From the NCBI GenBank assembly GCA_035299725.1, contig DATGWB010000023.1:1-43898 (forward strand): a DNA stretch of 43,898 nt. The letters run 5' to 3'. Shown here piece after piece: positions 41,971 to 43,898 of the stretch (the stretch's first letter is position 1; each line of letters begins with the position of its first letter). A program made the translations under genes and the position numbers. Under the pieces are notes generated by a model. That model saw only the letters and a list, made by a program, of their open reading frames with translations, had not been told where the DNA came from and searched no databases. The DNA comes from Thermoplasmata archaeon (GTDB lineage: Archaea > Thermoplasmatota > Thermoplasmata > RBG-16-68-12).

Positions 41971-42360
41971 TCAGTACACGTACGCGATGAGCTTGCCGCC
42001 CACGCCGATCTGCTTCGCCTTGGTCTGGGAGATCACGCCTTCCGTGGTCGTCAGGATCAGGACGCCGAAGTCTTGGGCGGGCAGGTACCGGGCCTCCCAC
42101 TTCTCGAGCTCGGTTCGTTTGACCGCAAACCTCGGCTTGATCACGCCGCAACTGTTGATGCTGCCGACCAGGGCCACGCGGTACAGATTCCCGCGACCGT
42201 CCTCGATGAGTTCGAACGACCGGATGTATTCGTGCTCCTGCATCACCTTGAGCACGCGGCCGATCAACTTCGACGCGGGACGGATCACGCAGTCCGTCTT
42301 GCCCGCGGCCTCCGCGTTTCGCATCGTCACCATGGCGTCGTTGAGAGCGTCTTGCAGCAT
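41971..42360 (-). CDS. rps8: 30S ribosomal protein uS8
   Basis: DALNDAMVTMRNAEAAGK... and the C-terminal GGKLIAYVY are typical of uS8. Confidence 0.9.
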   Translation of the reverse strand: MLQDALNDAMVTMRNAEAAGKTDCVIRPASKLIGRVLKVMQEHEYIRSFELIEDGRGNLYRVALVGSINSCGVIKPRFAVKRTELEKWEARYLPAQDFGVLILTTTEGVISQTKAKQIGVGGKLIAYVY

Positions 42361-42369
42361 GGTGTTCCC

Positions 42370-42516
42370 TCAGCTGTATTTCCGGAAGCCGAGCTCGTAG
42401 GCAATCTCGCGGAAGCATTGCCGGCAAAGGTGGAGCCCATACCGGCGGACGATGCCGCGCTTGCGTCCGCAGCGCAGGCAGCCGCGCTTCCGACCAAAGT
42501 CTTTCGTGCGCTTCAG
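42370..42516 (-). CDS. rps14: 30S ribosomal protein uS14 (zinc-binding type), apparent non-canonical CTG start; not in the supplied ORF track
   Basis: My own translation: (L/M)[47 protein letters not shown]. CxxC...CxxC and the C-terminal ELGFRKY are the archaeal uS14 signature. It sits in the canonical slot between uL5 and uS8. Confidence 0.8.
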   Translation of the reverse strand: MKRTKDFGRKRGCLRCGRKRGIVRRYGLHLCRQCFREIAYELGFRKYS

Positions 42517-43022
42517 GTGACCACCTCGACCTTGAAGCGATCCTTCATGAACTGCATCCCTTCATCTCGGGAGACCCGATGTCGCCGCGGGATCCGGCGC
42601 GCCTTGTTCGAACGTCGGGCGACCCGCCAACCGGGCCGCTGCAGACTCACGCTGACGTCCATCCCGAACACCCCGATCTCCGGGTCGTACTTCATCCCCT
42701 GGAAGTCGGTGTAGTCCTGAATCCCGAACGAGAAGTTCCCGTTCGAGTCGAAGCTGTACCCCGGGAGGCGATTGTTCCGGATCGAGAGCGCTTCCGCGAG
42801 GAACGCCTCCGCGGGACCGCCGCGCAAGGTGACGCGCGTCCCGATCGGCATGTTCCGGCGGACGCCCCAGTCCCGGACCGCCTGATGGCTGAGGGTCTGC
42901 ACGGACTTCTGCTTCGTCACGAGCTCGAGGACCTTCTGCGCCTTCACGAGCTTCTCGCCCGCCTCGCCGACGCCGACGTTGACGACGACTTTCTCGATTC
43001 GGATGTCGCGCATGCCCGCCAT
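42513..43022 (-). CDS. rpl5: 50S ribosomal protein uL5
   Basis: [19 protein letters not shown]...[29 protein letters not shown] is typical of uL5. Confidence 0.9.
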   Translation of the reverse strand: MAGMRDIRIEKVVVNVGVGEAGEKLVKAQKVLELVTKQKSVQTLSHQAVRDWGVRRNMPIGTRVTLRGGPAEAFLAEALSIRNNRLPGYSFDSNGNFSFGIQDYTDFQGMKYDPEIGVFGMDVSVSLQRPGWRVARRSNKARRIPRRHRVSRDEGMQFMKDRFKVEVVT

Positions 43023-43030
43023 GGTCCCAC

Positions 43031-43741
43031 CTAGATTGCCGAGACCTCCGGCGTTCGGATCGACGGGGCCTCCTTGCCGACGACGAACACCTTGCCGGCG
43101 TCCGTCGAGAAGCCTTCCGTGAACGTCACGATGTTCGCGCGCGGGTTGCGCGTCCGCTGGATCTCGAGGACATGCGCGATCTCGCCGACGTGTTTCCCGC
43201 CCGTCACCAGGACCGGCGCGCCTTTCCCGAGTTCGTAGTGTTCGACGACCTTCTGCTCCGGGACGTGGAGCTTCAACGTGGCCCCGGTCTTGTACGCGTC
43301 CTTCTCGAGGAGCACGTTCCGCCCGTCATGGAGATTCACCTGCGTCTTGCCCCGGCTGACCGTGGTCTTGTCCTCGACACGGCACAGCTTCCACTTCGCA
43401 TCTCCCTCGTCGATCGGGACGAGGGCCATCCGGCCGCGCGTGTCGACGAGCATCCGGTAATGGGCCTTCGTCGCCGCGAACGACAGGACGTCCATGAGGC
43501 CGACCGGAAATTTCGGATCCGTGACCGCGCGGCCGTCCACGAAGACGCCGCGGCCGTTCAGGATGTGTCGCGCCTCCCGGGCGTTCGCGCACACCTTCAG
43601 CATGTCTCGGAGGATCAGTCCGAGCGGGACGCTCGTATCGATCGGGTGAGGACCGGGAGAGGGCTTCACGACCCAGAAATCCGTCTTCCTCGGAATCGAC
43701 CAGCTGCGGGGAGCCGGCAACCGCTTCAGATGTTTCTTCAC
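43031..43741 (-). CDS. rps4e: 30S ribosomal protein eS4
   Basis: MKKHLKRLPAPRSWSIPRKTDFWVVKPSPGPH is the eS4 N-terminus. An S4 and KOW-like domain follows. Confidence 0.9.
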   Translation of the reverse strand: MKKHLKRLPAPRSWSIPRKTDFWVVKPSPGPHPIDTSVPLGLILRDMLKVCANAREARHILNGRGVFVDGRAVTDPKFPVGLMDVLSFAATKAHYRMLVDTRGRMALVPIDEGDAKWKLCRVEDKTTVSRGKTQVNLHDGRNVLLEKDAYKTGATLKLHVPEQKVVEHYELGKGAPVLVTGGKHVGEIAHVLEIQRTRNPRANIVTFTEGFSTDAGKVFVVGKEAPSIRTPEVSAI

Positions 43742-43748
43742 GACCGAA

Positions 43749-43898
43749 TCACTCCTCGAACTTTCGCCGCCGCCAGGGATCCGTGTCGTCCATCCGGACG
43801 ATCAGGAGGTTCGACGCGTGCAGCGGTCGGGCGACCTTCTTCTCGTCGACCTTCTCGATCGTGATGCCTTCGATGACGACCGTGCCATGGACGCGGTC
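43749..43898 (-). CDS. rpl24: 50S ribosomal protein uL24 (3' part; 5' end beyond the window)
   Basis: My own translation of the minus strand: ...DRVHGTVVIEGITIEKVDEKKVARPLHASNLLIVRMDDTDPWRRRKFEE*, with the stop at 43749-43751. It has a uL24-like C-terminal region and the canonical position upstream of eS4. Confidence 0.8.
   Translation of the reverse strand, partial: DRVHGTVVIEGITIEKVDEKKVARPLHASNLLIVRMDDTDPWRRRKFEE

Noticed and set aside
1-43898. Search for CRISPR arrays, cas genes, rRNA, IS elements with terminal inverted repeats, or C/D-box sRNAs
   Set aside because: I saw no regularly spaced direct repeats, no cas-like proteins apart from the Csa3-like regulators, and no rRNA-like segments. 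The few UGAUGA-like strings (for example near 32,147) lack a matching CUGA D box at sRNA distance.

Overview
GC-rich archaeal chromosomal window. The gene content looks euryarchaeal and Thermoplasmatota-like, but that is a guess from gene content only. All calls come from reading the supplied translations and the DNA by eye; no searches were run. I support about 57 protein genes and one tRNA (tRNA-His). There is no rRNA, no CRISPR array and no cas gene. The window is mostly housekeeping. The right end (36.3-43.9 kb, minus strand) is the canonical archaeal ribosomal operon uL24-eS4-uL5-uS14-uS8-uL6-eL32-eL19-uL18-uS5-uL30-uL15-SecY. Other housekeeping genes are a LivHMGF transporter with a convergent substrate-binding protein, class II HMG-CoA reductase, RFC large subunit, Taw1/TYW1, a Nog1-type GTPase, PdxS, IleRS, ornithine carbamoyltransferase, TrmI, PurS, and a NitT/TauT-like ABC transporter with a duplicated permease. 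The items most worth a second look are: (1) IleRS is one uninterrupted ORF carrying a roughly 333-aa C-terminal HhH, triple zinc-ribbon and DUF835-like module. (2) A roughly 2.4-kb island with lower-GC flanks lies between HMGR and RFC. It holds two translationally coupled serine-recombinase-type genes of non-canonical architecture and an unannotated 50-codon RHH gene preceded by a perfect 16-bp palindrome. (3) A tightly packed operon ends in an AcnX (phosphomevalonate-dehydratase-type) large subunit and an AcnX small subunit fused to a Nudix domain. (4) Two tandem orphan Csa3-like CARF-wHTH regulators sit in an apparent operon with purS, next to a bPH membrane protein and a JAB/MPN protease. 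(5) uS14 has no canonical start codon. (6) A tRNA-His-adjacent pair consists of a Rossmann/NDT-like protein and an ArsR regulator. None of these is proven novel; each needs HMM, synteny or read-level checks. Many long ORFs in the track are antisense or alternate-frame artefacts of high GC and were rejected.
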